DNA from: Octopus bimaculoides
Lineage: Eukaryota
DNA length: 42,457 bases
Direction of reading: 5' to 3'
NCBI RefSeq assembly: GCF_001194135.2
Contig: NC_068996.1
Span: forward strand, 10,411,528-10,453,984
Position 1 is the first letter of the stretch. Each line of letters begins with the position of its first letter. This document shows positions 23,040-34,372 of the stretch, piece after piece. The notes below the pieces were generated by a model. It was not told the origin of the DNA and did not search any database. It saw nothing but the letters and a program-made list of their open reading frames with translations. The position numbers and the translations under genes are program-made.

Positions 23040-23069
23040 ATCATCATTGTCATCGTTATCGTCATCATT
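22743..23069. repeat. (CAT)/(CATCGT)n array with 69-75 bp higher-order periodicity
   Basis: Variant block CATTGTCATCGTTATCG at about 22758, 22827, 22902 and 23045. Confidence 0.92.
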
Positions 23070-23260
23070 AAGGTCCATTTTCCATGCTGGCATTGGCTGG
23101 ACAGTCCAACAGGAGCTGGCAAGTCAGAAGACTGCACCAAGCCCCACTGTCTGCTTTGGCATGGTTTCTATAACAGGATACCCTTCCTAATGTCAATCAC
23201 TTTACAGAGTGTACTTAGTGCTTTTTACGTGGCACCAGCACCAGTGAGGTCTCCAAGTGT
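23070..23260 (-). mobile_element. RTE LINE 3' UTR fragment
   Basis: TTTTCCATGCTGGCATTGG..GGATACCCTTCCTAATG..GTGCTTTTTACGTGGCACC. Confidence 0.75.
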
Positions 23261-23334
23261 CTGCAAGATAAGCCACTTCAACAGAGCAGAATACAGAGAA
23301 GAGGAATGTGGAAGAAAAATAAGATAAAACTTAC

Positions 23335-23514
23335 ATCAGTGTTCACTAGAAATTCAGCAACCTCATTAAGTTTCATGGACCTAATACACTTCTCCCAAAC
23401 ATCAAACTTGAATTTCTTTCCCAATAGTAACTCCATGGGTTTCCCCATTTTACGACTGTCATCCAGAACGGTGCTATCTTCATCACACATTTTGGTAACA
23501 TAGTGGAATGTCAA
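23335..23514 (-). CDS. AIP: AIP (AH receptor-interacting protein / AIPL1 family) coding exon 2, FKBP-type domain
   Basis: LTFHYVTKMCDEDSTVLDDSRKMGKPMELLLGKKFKFDVWEKCIRSMKLNEVAEFLVNTD (60 codons) aligns without gaps to recalled human AIP [60 protein letters not shown]. Acceptor TTTTCAG, donor GTAAGT, both phase 0; 180 nt like human exon 2. Confidence 0.95.
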
Positions 23515-23746
23515 CTGAAAAATAATAACAAAAAAAAATAACAATAAAGAAATACACAACGATAAACTGGAATTGTTATCTTTCGTCTTTTACTTGTTTC
23601 AGTCATGGGATTGTGGCCATACTGGGGCACTTTCTTGGAGGGTTTTGTTGAATAGATCAAGCTTAGTATTATTTACTCTATCAGTCTCTTTTTTCCAAAG
23701 CATAAAGTTATGGGGGTTAGGGGTGTAAACAAACCAGCACATACAG

Positions 23747-23781
<35 letters not shown>

Positions 23782-24029
23782 GAAGCTACCAGAGGAGAAA
23801 GGAAGAAATTAGATTACAGGAGAAAAAAGCTCAATAAAATCAACTTTGTCCTCCACCAACACTGCCATGCAATCAATATCATTGACTCTTCTATGAAAGA
23901 ATTGGTCTACAGAGTCATCAACAGCATCACCATAAAGGAAGCATTCAACAAAGAAGAAACTAAAGTCTTGGATACAAGATAAAGCCACTGTTGCCAAAAT
24001 ATATATATATATATATACAGCACCATCTG

Positions 24030-24440
24030 AGCATGATCATTGCCAGAGCAGCTGTCTGGCTTCCATGCTAGTGGTCCGTAAGTAGCACCATTTGAGCGTG
24101 ATCATTACCAGTGTCGCCTTACTGGCACGTTAGAAAATGATTTGAGCGAAGTCATTGCCAGTGCCGCTGGACTGGCTCCTGTGCAGGTGGCACGTAAAAT
24201 ACACCATTTTGAGCATAGCCGTTGCCAGTACCACATGACTGGCCCTCGTGCTGGTGGCACATAAAAGCACCCACTACACTCTCGGAGTGGTTGGCGTTAG
24301 GAAGGGCATCCAACTGTAGAAACTCTGCCAGATCAGATTGGAGCCTGGTGCAGTCATCCGGTTCACCAGTCCTCAGTCAAATCGTCCAACCCATGCTAGC
24401 ATGGAAAGCAGACATTAAACGACGATGGTGATGATGATGA
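24030..24440 (+). mobile_element. RTE LINE 3' UTR fragment ending in (GAT)n
   Basis: Reverse orientation of the 41061 family: ..GAAGGGCATCCAACTGTAGAAACTCTGCC..CATGCTAGCATGGAAAGCAGACATTAAACGACGATG. Confidence 0.82.
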
Positions 24441-24672
24441 TATATNNNNNNNNNNNNNNNNNNNNNNNNNNNNNNNNNNNNNNNNNNNNNNNNNNNNNNN
24501 NNNNNNNNNNNNNNNNNNNNNNNNNNNNNNNNNNNNNNNNNNNNNNNNNNNNNNNNNNNNNNNNNNNNNNNNNNNNNNNNNNNNATAATATTATTAGGGA
24601 GGCAACATGAGCACTACATTTTCCTTCTGTATTAATGTGAGCTATTGTTAATAACATGCTCTAATTAAACTA

Positions 24673-24719
<47 letters not shown>

Positions 24720-25059
24720 GTTGCTATTACGCAAAAGTGTCGTAAGTCCATAATGTGGCTTTTTCAGAAAATGGAAAAGTAGACCCCCAAGATCTTATAT
24801 GGGTCCCCAGTTTAATAATTTTTTACCCAATCAGAAAACAGGATTTAGAAGCTACCATTTGCTGCATGAATGATAGCTATCATAAAATGAAAGTAAAAAC
24901 ATTTCAACAAAGAAATTTTATAAAGAAAATGAAAGCAATTACATGTCATATGAAGAGAAAGGTTGAGAAGTAGCACACATTAGAGATATACATACATGCT
25001 GAGAGGGAGTGCAGTAAATATATATATATATATATACAGAGAGGGGAAAACTTAAAAGT

Positions 25060-25095
<36 letters not shown>

Positions 25096-25354
25096 AAAAG
25101 ATAGGTCACATAGAGTGAAGTAGATATGACAATATGGAAGTTGAGCTTTTTCTTGTATCAAATTATATTTTTTGATTACAATTTACCAAAATCTTTGTGT
25201 TTCGGATGCTGAATTCAAAAATCAAATCCGCTGTTTCAGAGCCTTTTGGTGATATACACTCATACACTCTCATTTGTGTGTGTGTGTGTGAATGTGTAAG
25301 TGCATGTATGTGTATGTGTGAGTGTGTGTGTGTGTGTGTGTAAAAATATATTTT

Positions 25355-25820
25355 TTATCGTTTTACTTGTTTCAGTCATTTGACTGTGGTCATGCTGGAG
25401 CACTGCCTTGAAGAGTGTTTTTTTAGTTGAAGACATTCTTTATAAGCCCAGTACTTATCATATCAGTCTCATTTGCCAAACTGCTAAGTTATGGGGACGT
25501 AAACGTACCAACATCAGTTGTCAAGCAATGGTGGGGAGACAAACACAGACAACACACATACACACACACACACATATATGTATATATATATATATATTTA
25601 CACATACATACAAACAAATACACATGCTAGCATGGAAAGCGGACGTTAAACGACGATGATGATGATGATGATGACAATAGGCTTCTTTTAGTTTCAGTCT
25701 ACTAAATCCACTCACAGGGCTTTAGTCAACCTGAGGTTATAGTAGAAGACACCTGCCAAGATAACACGCAATGAGACTGAACCCAGAACCATATGGTTGG
25801 GAAGCAAGCCATTTACCTAT
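25355..25820 (-). mobile_element. SINE family A with a short RTE tail (about 25623-25676) inside its central microsatellite
   Basis: A consensus on both sides of CATGCTAGCATGGAAAGCGGACGTTAAACGACGATGATG. Confidence 0.8.
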
Positions 25821-26363
25821 TATATATGTATGCATGTATTCAATACTATTTATTTGGAATATTCATTCATTTCTAACACGATACAGTCGCAACATTTAAA
25901 GCTGTAGTTGCTTCTTCAAACACAGTGAGTGACTATACAGAGCTTCTTTTTTCCCATTTGGCTCCAGAGAATGATGATAACAGAGTAATGGATAGTAATA
26001 ACGAAGCTACTAGGACTTGGATTTTTCTATGAAATTTCCATTTTATATAGACAATCTATTACTTACAAGGACAGAGTTAAACTGTCTGATTAATTTCTTG
26101 GAGCAAATGTATGGAACAGATCAAATAAAACTCTCTAAATAAGTACAGATAAGGAACTATACTTTATACATCTGCTGTGACTGGATGTTTGGAATGGAAG
26201 AGACAAATAAAATAAGAGCATATATAGTGCTTTCATTTCTTTTGTCTGAATCATTTTGTAAATGCCTGAATATCTCAATTTCCTATTTCCTCCCATCCCA
26301 TTTAAACAATGGCTTCATTGCTTCAACAAGCAATATACAGCAGAATAGATGCAGGTTTGGCTT

Positions 26364-26530
26364 GTAGGTGCAGGTATGGATGTGTGAGTAAGAAGCTTGC
26401 TTCTTCAACTATGTGGTTTTGGGTTCAGTCCCACTGCAGGGCATCTTGAGCAAGTGTCTTCTACTATAGCTTCAAGCTGACCAAAGCCTTGCAAGCAGAT
26501 TTGGTAGATGAAAACTGAAAGAAGTCCATC
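26364..26530 (+). mobile_element. SINE family A head only
   Basis: TAGGTGCAGG..GGGTTCAGTCCCACTGC..GAAACTGAAAGAAG. Confidence 0.75.
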
Positions 26531-27147
26531 ATCATTATCATCTATTGTTACCTTTTCCATTTTAGCATGGGTTGGATGATTTGACAAGAGATGAGCCACA
26601 GGACTGTACCAAATTCTGTATCTGCTTTGGGATGGTTTCTACAACTGGATGCTCTTCCTAACACCAACCACTTAACAGAGTTCTCTTTATGTGACACCAA
26701 CACTAATGAGGTCACCAAGAACATGCAAGATAAGACCTTCAACTGAGTGGGGTATAAAATGGAAAATCACCCCCTTCAGTCACTTTGTTCAATGTACTGG
26801 ACAATTTTTCATCAAAAATTACAAAAGAAATATAAATTATAATGAAAAAAAAAAACCTACCCAGTACACTCTGTAAAGTGGTTGGCATTAAGAAGGACAA
26901 TCAGCCATAGAAACCATGTCAAAGTAGACACTAGAGCACAGTGTGGTCCTTCGGAATGTTCATGTTAAATGATGATGGTGATGATAAATATACGTTAATC
27001 TGGGAGCCAGTTTTTAATCATATTTGGTACTTTTCATCTTTCTTTCTTATACACACAGAGAGATAGATATAAATATAACGGGTTACCACAAACTTTTGTC
27101 ATCCAAATTCCACACATAAATTATGGGTCAACATAAAGCTAAGGGTT

Positions 27148-27372
27148 GAGGCGCATGGCTTAGTGGTTAGGGTGTCAGCATCATAATCGTAAGATTGTGG
27201 TTTTGATTCCTGGACCGGGCGACGCATTGTGTTCTTGAGCAAAACACTTCACTTCACGTTGCTCCAGTCCATTCAGCTGTCAAAAATGAGTAATGCTGCG
27301 ATGGACTGGGAAACCGGGAAACCGGGCCCATGAGCCTGGCTAAGCTTTAAAAGGGCGCATTTATTATTTTTT
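27148..27372 (+). mobile_element. tRNA-headed SINE, head H2 plus tail T2, inserted in an older degenerate SINE A
   Basis: TGGCTTAGTGGTTAGG, GGTTTTGATTCC, CTTGAGCAAAACAC, then TGAGTAATGCTGCGATGGACTGG; possible GCTAAGG duplication on both flanks. Confidence 0.8.
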
Positions 27373-28190
27373 ATGAGGCTAAGGCTAAAGACATTTGTTG
27401 AAAGTGTCATGCAGCAGGGTTGAACCCATGACTAAGTGATTGTAAAGCAACCAACCTATCAAAACAGTCATACTATTTCTCTTACCCAAGTACTATACAA
27501 AGGGACTGAACCTAATAACAAGGTTGAGAACCCAAGTTTTTAAACACAGAATCATACCCTTCTCTCCTGGATATAATTTTTGGGGCTTTATATTGGATCA
27601 GTTTCCATTCAAAAAGCATTCCATTACAATTCCAATTGTATAAGAATGCCTATTTTAACAGAATTCCTGCCATAACTTATTTAACCATACTCTAAATTTT
27701 TCAGACTACATAATTTCCACCACCAATATCCATATTTCTTAATACCAAAACATGCTTTTTTCAATAACATTTGTACCATTTCAAAGAACATTTTAGTGCT
27801 GTGTAGTAAATATATTCTGGAACCATATTTTCTCCAAGCTTTAGATAAAAATCAAGTAAAGCTGGATGTTTGTACACACTTATATACTTATGGTGTATGC
27901 ATATGTGGTGGTTTATGCATTTTGCTTACCATGCTGTGGTTGTTCATTAACCCTTAGTCAAACACATTCAAGTCATGACTATCCTGTCTATTTTTAGGGG
28001 TACTTAGGACAACATTATTTAATGAACCATCCTGCCTTTCAAGTCACTAGTGTGTGATTCAAGGAAGATTCAACTGTTATTTTTAGCAGCCTGAGCAATT
28101 CTGAGAAGGTACTTTTTTGAAGGCTCATTTATATTTTTCTTTTACCTATAAAATTTATCAAAATTTATAGGCACAGGAGTGGCTGTGTGG

Positions 28191-29824
28191 GCACCTGGAG
28201 AGGCAAGCCGATGCCATCCAATAACGTCGTGGGGCTTTGGACGGAAGGTCCTGTTAAGCTGCTGAGTCTGGTTCGCGGCAGACCCCCAGATAGAGAAAAA
28301 TTGGAGTGAGGTGGCCAGCAAGGTGACCGCTCTAACCTAGACCTGGTCTGGGCGGGCGTTATCCTTGCTAGGGAAGGCGGAGGTGGTGCAGATGTTCATA
28401 GCATCGGTTATCACCTACCATCTGACCATGGTGCCTTACCCTGATTTGTGGCTGAACAAGTTGGAAAGAATCCTTTTCCGATTTTTATGGAAAGGAGGAA
28501 AGCCACTTGTGAAGCGCTCTGTCTGCTGCCAGAAGCCACTAAAGGGTGGGCTAGGGATGCCTTGGCTGAGGATGCGAAAATTCGCGTTAAGGTTGAGGCA
28601 CCTTTGGCTCTACCTGGATGGAGAGCAGTTGTGGTCACCGCACGTCTGGTTCTACTTTCCGCAATTAACATCCTTAATGGACGTTAGTAATTGGATCAAG
28701 CAGAGACCTAGGCTGGGGGACTGGCAATTGGAGTGCCGACAGGCACTTCAGCTACTCTCTCAGGCGGGCAATGCCGGCAATAGGAGTTCCACCGCGGATT
28801 TTTATAGCAGGTTAGTAGAGCTTAAGTCTGAAGATGTCTTGGGGAAGACCCTGGGTTATGATGAAAATCAGTTGATCAACCTGTTCCGGAGAACTTTTGG
28901 GCCCGGGTACCTGGACAATTACCAGAAATCCCTGGCTTGGCAGTGCTTTTGTGTGGTGTTACCTGTTCGTGATAAACTATCAAGGCACGGAAGTGCCGTC
29001 TCGCTGACGTGTCCGAGATGCGGGCAGGACAGGGAAACAGTCTTGCACGCATTTGTGGAATGTTCGGAATTAACGANNNNNNNNNNNNNNNNNNNNNNNN
29101 NNNNNNNNNNNNNNNNNNNNNNNNNNNNNNNNNNNNNNNNNNNNNNNNNNNNNNNNNNNNNNNNNNNNNNNNNNNNNNNNNNNNNNNNNNNNNNNNNNNN
29201 NNNNNNNNNNNNNNNNNNNNNNNNNNNNNNNNNNNNNNNNNNNNNNNNNNNNNNNNNNNNNNNNNNNNNNNNNCAACTGTTGTCATCGATGGGAAGAGTA
29301 CAGCTATCAGCTGAATCTATCATCGAGATTGTGCCGCCTCCTTCCCTCAACAGGGAGAGGAAGGCTTGCTTTTCCTGCGTAGTAGCCATACTGAAAGAAA
29401 CAGTATGGAAGACATGTGTGAGAGGAATAGTGACGGATACCTTTGTATCTGGCCAGGGGTTAGTTAACTTTTTTAGTTACTACCTCAGGAGTAAGATCAG
29501 GCTAGAGAAGAAGTGCCTGTCACAAGAGAGATTCATGAGAAGATGGAAGCCTGTGGCGAGAAAGCTGGGAGTATCTGACTCCAGGTAAGTGAAAGCCAGA
29601 AAAGGGAGGAACAAGCAAGGGGTCTACCCTGGTGGTCGGATGCCTCTCCTTCAGAGCAGCCATTACAAAACGTAATGAGCAACGCCGAATAAGAAAACTA
29701 GTAATATATTAATTATATTTTTGTATTTAATCGCTAAATAGCAGCTACTACACCCTTTATGTTTGTCTGTCTTTGTTCATCCCCTCTTTGTAATGCCTTC
29801 ATGGCAAATCGTTAATGAAATAAA
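28191..29824 (+). mobile_element. 5'-truncated L1/Tx1-clade LINE (ORF2 C-terminal part, 3' UTR, AATAAA end)
   Basis: ORF 28365-29588 has FRFLWKGGKPLVKRSVCCQKPLKGGLGMP and the zinc knuckle LPVRDKL..CPRCGQDRETVLHAFVEC, typical of L1/Tx1 ORF2. Upstream GTWRGKPMP..WTEGPVKLL continues with a frameshift and a stop. Confidence 0.9.
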
Positions 29825-30195
29825 GTAGCTTGCTTACCAACCACATGATTCTGGGTTCAGTCCCACTGCGGGGCACCTTGGGCAAGTGTCTTCTACTATA
29901 GCCTCGGGCCAACCAAAGCATTGTGAGTGGATTTGGTAGACGGGAACTGAAAGAAGCCCGTTGTATATATGTATATGTATATATATGTGTGTTTGTCCCC
30001 CCAACATCGCTTGATAACCGATGCTGGTGTGTTTATGTCCCCGTAACTTAGCGGTTCAGCAAGGGAGACCGATAGAATAAGTACTAGGCTTACAAAGAAT
30101 AAGTCCTGGGGTTGATTTGCTCGACTAAAGGCGGTGCTCCAGCATGGCTACAGTCAAATGACTCAAACAAGTAAAAGAGTAAAAGAGTAAGTAAA
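29825..30195 (+). mobile_element. SINE family A, remainder of the copy whose first 24 bp lie at 28167-28190
   Basis: ATAGGCACAGGAGTGGCTGTGTGG (28167-28190) plus GTAGCTTGCTTACCAACC (29825 onward) reconstitute the head seen intact at 37656. Confidence 0.88.
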
Positions 30196-30209
30196 AAGAA
30201 AAAATATCG

Positions 30210-30690
30210 TAGGTTTGGCTGGTAAGAAGTTTGCTTCCAAACCATATGGTTCTGGGTTCAGTCCCAAAGCATGGCACTTTGGGCAAGTGCCTCCTACTAC
30301 AGCCTTGGGCTGACCAATCTTTGAATGAATTTGGTTGACAGAAACTTAAAGAAAACCAGTTATATTGTATCCCACCCACAAGAGATTGATGCAGGATGTG
30401 TTGAAATGATTGTTGAGAACAATAAAGTTTCTCCTATATTCCATCTTTATCATGTTATATATATATTTGTATGTATGTGTGTGTGTCTGTATTTGTTCCC
30501 ACTACCACTTGACAACAGGGATGTAACATCCCTGTAACTAAGCAGTTCAGCAAAAGAGACTGATAAAATAACTACCATGCTTAAAAAATAAGTACTGAGG
30601 TCGATTCTTTTGCCTAAAAAAAAAAATCCTTCAAGGCAGTGCCCCAGCATGGCTACAGTTTAATGACTGAAACACAAAAATACAAGAAAA
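30210..30690 (+). mobile_element. SINE family A, degenerate
   Basis: Head, central microsatellite and tail all recognisable. Confidence 0.75.
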
Positions 30691-30914
30691 GATAAAAAAA
30701 TAACAGAGTTGATGTTTGAGTAAGTGTTCAGTTTACGACTTTCGCTTTGGCTTGGTATAAAGGCAAAGTGTTTAAAAAAAAAGATGGAATGTCTTGATAA
30801 ACAAGCATAAGGCAATTGTTAATTCCTAATATTAAATTTTATAGTTGTTCAAGTTTTATTTTTGTTATCTACGATTTTTTTCCTGTTTTCTCATTTGTTT
30901 TAAAGAAACTCTAG

Positions 30915-31505
30915 GCCCAAGTATGGCTGTGTGGATAAGAAACTTGCTTCCTGACCATGTGATCTTAGGTTCAGTCCCACTGCGTGGCACTTTGGGCAAG
31001 CATCTTCCACGCTGACCAAAGCTTGGTGAGCAGTTTTGGTAGACAGAAATTGAAAGACGCCTGTCATGTGTATGTATGTGTTATATGTATATATATATTT
31101 GTGTGAATGTGTGTATCTGTATGTGTGTATATCTGTGTGTATGTATTATATATATACATATTTGTGTGTGTGTGTGTGTGTGTGCGTTCTTGTTTTGACG
31201 TCACATGGTAGTTGTAAATGAGCATCATCATCATACATGCCAAGTTCTTCATTTCCATTCTTTTATGAAAAACATGTCTGGCTACTGGAAAATATTATCT
31301 TGCTTGGAAACAGGTGAGAGTTGGAGGGGGAGGGCAAAGAAGGGCATATGTCATGGTGACACGAAGGGCATCTGCTGAGGGAGAAAACCTGCCTCAATAG
31401 ATTCCGTTTGGCCTATGCAAGCCTTGAAAAGTGGGTTTTAAGGTGGGGGAGGGGTGATGATAATGATGATGATGATGATGGTATGATGATGATGACGACG
31501 ACGAC
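30915..31505 (+). mobile_element. SINE with family A head and RTE-type tail ending in (GAT)n
   Basis: A head at 30915-31075, then (TA/TG)n, then ..GAAGGGCATCTG..AGAAAACCTGCC..ATGCAAGCCTTGAAAAGTGG..GATGATGAT, similar to 24300-24440. Confidence 0.7.
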
Positions 31506-31599
31506 GAACTTTTATTTAATGAAATCGATTTTGAACTTTTGTCACACACACACGCACATACACACACCTCCATACACAGAAAGACAGAGTGCTATCAGA

Positions 31600-32810
31600 A
31601 GCTTGATCGGCATAAGGTGATGTTAATGACTGCCTTAGTAAGCCTTCTGAGATCAAAGTAATTAACGTTCTTGAAAGCTGATGGTTGCAGAGGAAAAAAA
31701 TAATAGTAAAACACACGGACAGGGTAGGAATTCCAGAGGGTTGACATCGTAGTGTATGGACGGTACCATAAGTGGTTAGCATGAGCTTGGTTATGGAGAG
31801 ATGAATATAATGCGGGTGATGACAGAAGGGGAGATAAGTGAGTTGGGTGTGTCTGAAAGAATGCAGCACAAGACCACGCAAATTTGAGGTGCACAGGCTA
31901 CAAAAAATAATGATAGAAAAGCAAAAAGAAGGCAGACATCACATTGCTGTGCCAGAGGTTGGAGTGCTTTTGAAGTGTGTATAAGAAAGAAACTTAAGAC
32001 AACCAGCCAGGTGGTTTTCTGTGAAAGAGGCACTCCGTCGTACTTCCCACCTGGACTTTGTAGAGAGTTAGCCGTTGTTGGGGTCTGAAGTACTTTCTGG
32101 TCCCGAAGAGGAAGGCCTGTCTCTGTGATACATTCTTTTTTTAAGTATGTGTGACAGCAGGAGGAAACCCTCCGTAACGCTGAGGCCTAACATCCGTAAC
32201 AACCTTAAGCTTTCCAGTTGTCTGTTCATGTCCACGTAAAGTATTCATTAACGTGTATTTGACATGCATCGATTTGTGTCTAAATGCTTCGCATGACTCC
32301 ATTCAAGAATATTTTCAAGGGTTCCCTCATGGAATCAGCGCGGGTTTGGCATATGCTGCTTAGGTTGCATTTGAATGACACTTGGATGTGGAAGATTAGG
32401 ACGGAAAGAAAAAAGGATGTTATCGTCAGCGTAGGAGTGGTCGTTGGAGAAGACAGCATGTCGGTCTTTGATAAACCGAAAGAAGAATACGAAAAAGAAT
32501 ACCTAACTCTGGGTTACTGAGATCTGTCAGGAAGCCTCCGATCCAAAAGACGAGAGATGGACTGAACGTACAAGTCGTTTTGGTAGCAGATTAAGCATGC
32601 CAAGCACAATCGATCAAATGCGACAACATTGTTTACACCGAATTTCTCAGGCGAGGACCCTCAAGAAAGTGACATGCAGGACTAGGTTCCCAGTAGATCT
32701 GGTTTTATGAAAGCTGAACTAGTAATCACTAAGGAGGGAGTTTCGAGACATAGAACATGGTATAGATGACAATCATCATCCCTTTTGAAATGTTGGATGT
32801 CAGAGCGAAG
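31600..32810 (-). mobile_element. Decayed CR1-group LINE RT and C-terminal region (in AIP intron 1)
   Basis: Minus strand has AFDR, SWIGGFLTD, YADD (32422-32433), LYKVQV and a C-terminal ..TLWNS.P.. segment, with many stops and frameshifts. Confidence 0.8.
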
Positions 32811-33257
32811 TCAACAGTTGGAAATTATTAAATAAGAAGCGATCGCGAAAGGGATCTTTTTGTTGTTTTTAATCCAAAATCTTTGGTTAAAAGGTTACGA
32901 TCAGGTATTTAATGCATGTAAGTATTCGATAATCTCGTCTTCCTACAAAGCATTCCAGCTGCGAATGAAATTATGACAAGGAACAAAAAAAGGTAAATGT
33001 TCAGTGGCGAAAGTAAATAGACAAAATCCATATTAGAAAATTGTGTAAATATATTATGTATAAAGTATAAATTAATATTAAGAGATTTAAAAATGTCTCG
33101 TCTTTCTCTGCCAAGGTGTTCTGTCTTTTTTTTTTGCGAAACTGATTTGTTTTTTTATTCCAATCTAAAGCGAAAGTCGTATTGGTTTTTTTTCTTTTTT
33201 CATATGGTAACTGATCATTTACCGAAACTTGTTTGGATTTAAAATAAAAATTAATAC

Positions 33258-33362
33258 CTTCCATCCTTTACCATCTGCATAGTCAGGAATTTCTCCTTGA
33301 CCAGCGTAAAGAATCCTTTTTTGAATACCTTCTTCTGCGAGCGTCCTGAAGATATCAGCCAT
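33258..33362 (-). CDS. AIP: AIP coding exon 1
   Basis: ATG at 33362: MADIFRTLAEEGIQKRILYAGQGEIPDYADGKGWK, then AAG|GTATTA donor in phase 0. Matches recalled human [33 protein letters not shown] and joins exon 2 in frame across a 9.7-kb intron. Absent from the supplied ORF track because it is short. Confidence 0.92.
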
Positions 33363-33819
33363 CGTAGATACAACCAAGGGAGATAATTCTCGTTTCATTC
33401 ATTGACATTAAGTGGTTCCTTTCTTCTTTCTTCTTGTCTTTCCTCTTCTCCATAACAATTCGCATCTCAAATGTTTTAATTATATTTGGCGAACTTTGCG
33501 ATCATACTCCCCCCAGATTCTACTTTACTGTACCTTAAAAAAATTCTGTTCGGATTTTTATGGTTTGAGTGTCACAGATTCAGAATCTATAAAATTTTCT
33601 TTAAAAAAAAAAAAATGTTTACTATCCAACCATTTAGACTCGTAGATGGTTTATAATCAGGAAAAAGAACTTGGTCATATTTATTACAAGTGGTTCTTTC
33701 TGCCTTCACACCATGTCTAAACAGTACCACTTCGATATATTTCTTCCTTAATATTTTGGGGAACGTACGTAAAAAGTTTAAAAAAAAAAAAAACAGTTTT
33801 CAGATCTTATTCCGCATCA

Positions 33820-33893
33820 TTTTTTGTTTATCTTCGGTTTTCGTATGTATATTTTTTGTTTATCTTCGGTTTTCGTATGTATATTTTTTGTTT
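33820..33893. repeat. Perfect 32-bp tandem duplication upstream of AIP
   Basis: GTTTATCTTCGGTTTTCGTATGTATATTTTTT starts at 33826 and at 33858. Confidence 0.9.
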
Positions 33894-34181
33894 TGAAACA
33901 TGCTGGGAGTTTCGATGTGTGATCTCTACAGAAGTGGCTTCCCTCAACTTTGTTTCGAAATAACTTACAAAAAAAAAAAAAGGATATTTTCTTAATGAAA
34001 TCTTTTTCAAATAATTTTTCCTAAATTTCGAGTTTCATTTTTCNNNNNNNNNNNNNNNNNNNNNNNNNNNNNNNNNNNNNNNNNNNNNNNNNNNNNNNNN
34101 NNNNNNNNNNNNNNNNNNNNNNNNNNNNNNNNNNNNNNNNNNNNNNNNNNNNNNNNNNNNNNNNNNNNNNNNNNNNNNNNN

Positions 34182-34372
34182 CCACCGCTTGAGAGCCGGT
34201 GCTAATTTGTTTACGTCTCCATAGCTTGGCGGTTCGACATAAGAAACCGATAGATTAAGTACCAGACCTAAAAAATAAAAAAAAATACTGAGACCGATTT
34301 GTTCGACTAAACCCAACAAAGAAGTGCTCCAGCATGCCCGCAGTCTAATGACAAACAAGTAAAAGATACAAG
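34182..34372 (+). mobile_element. SINE family A 3' half (cut by N-gap)
   Basis: CCACCGCTTGA..GATTTGTTCGACTAAA..GTGCTCCAGCATG..CAAGTAAAAGATA. Confidence 0.75.

Noticed and set aside
22689-23327. His/Arg-, Ser-, Asp- and Met/Thr-rich ORFs
   Set aside because: They are six-frame readings of the CATCGT array.
23780-23997. Open plus-strand frame of about 70 codons just inside AIP intron 1
   Set aside because: No motif I could assign with confidence; possibly an old LINE fragment.
28365-29588. 407-aa ORF as a host gene
   Set aside because: Motifs are those of L1/Tx1 ORF2, it is 5'-truncated, and it interrupts a SINE.
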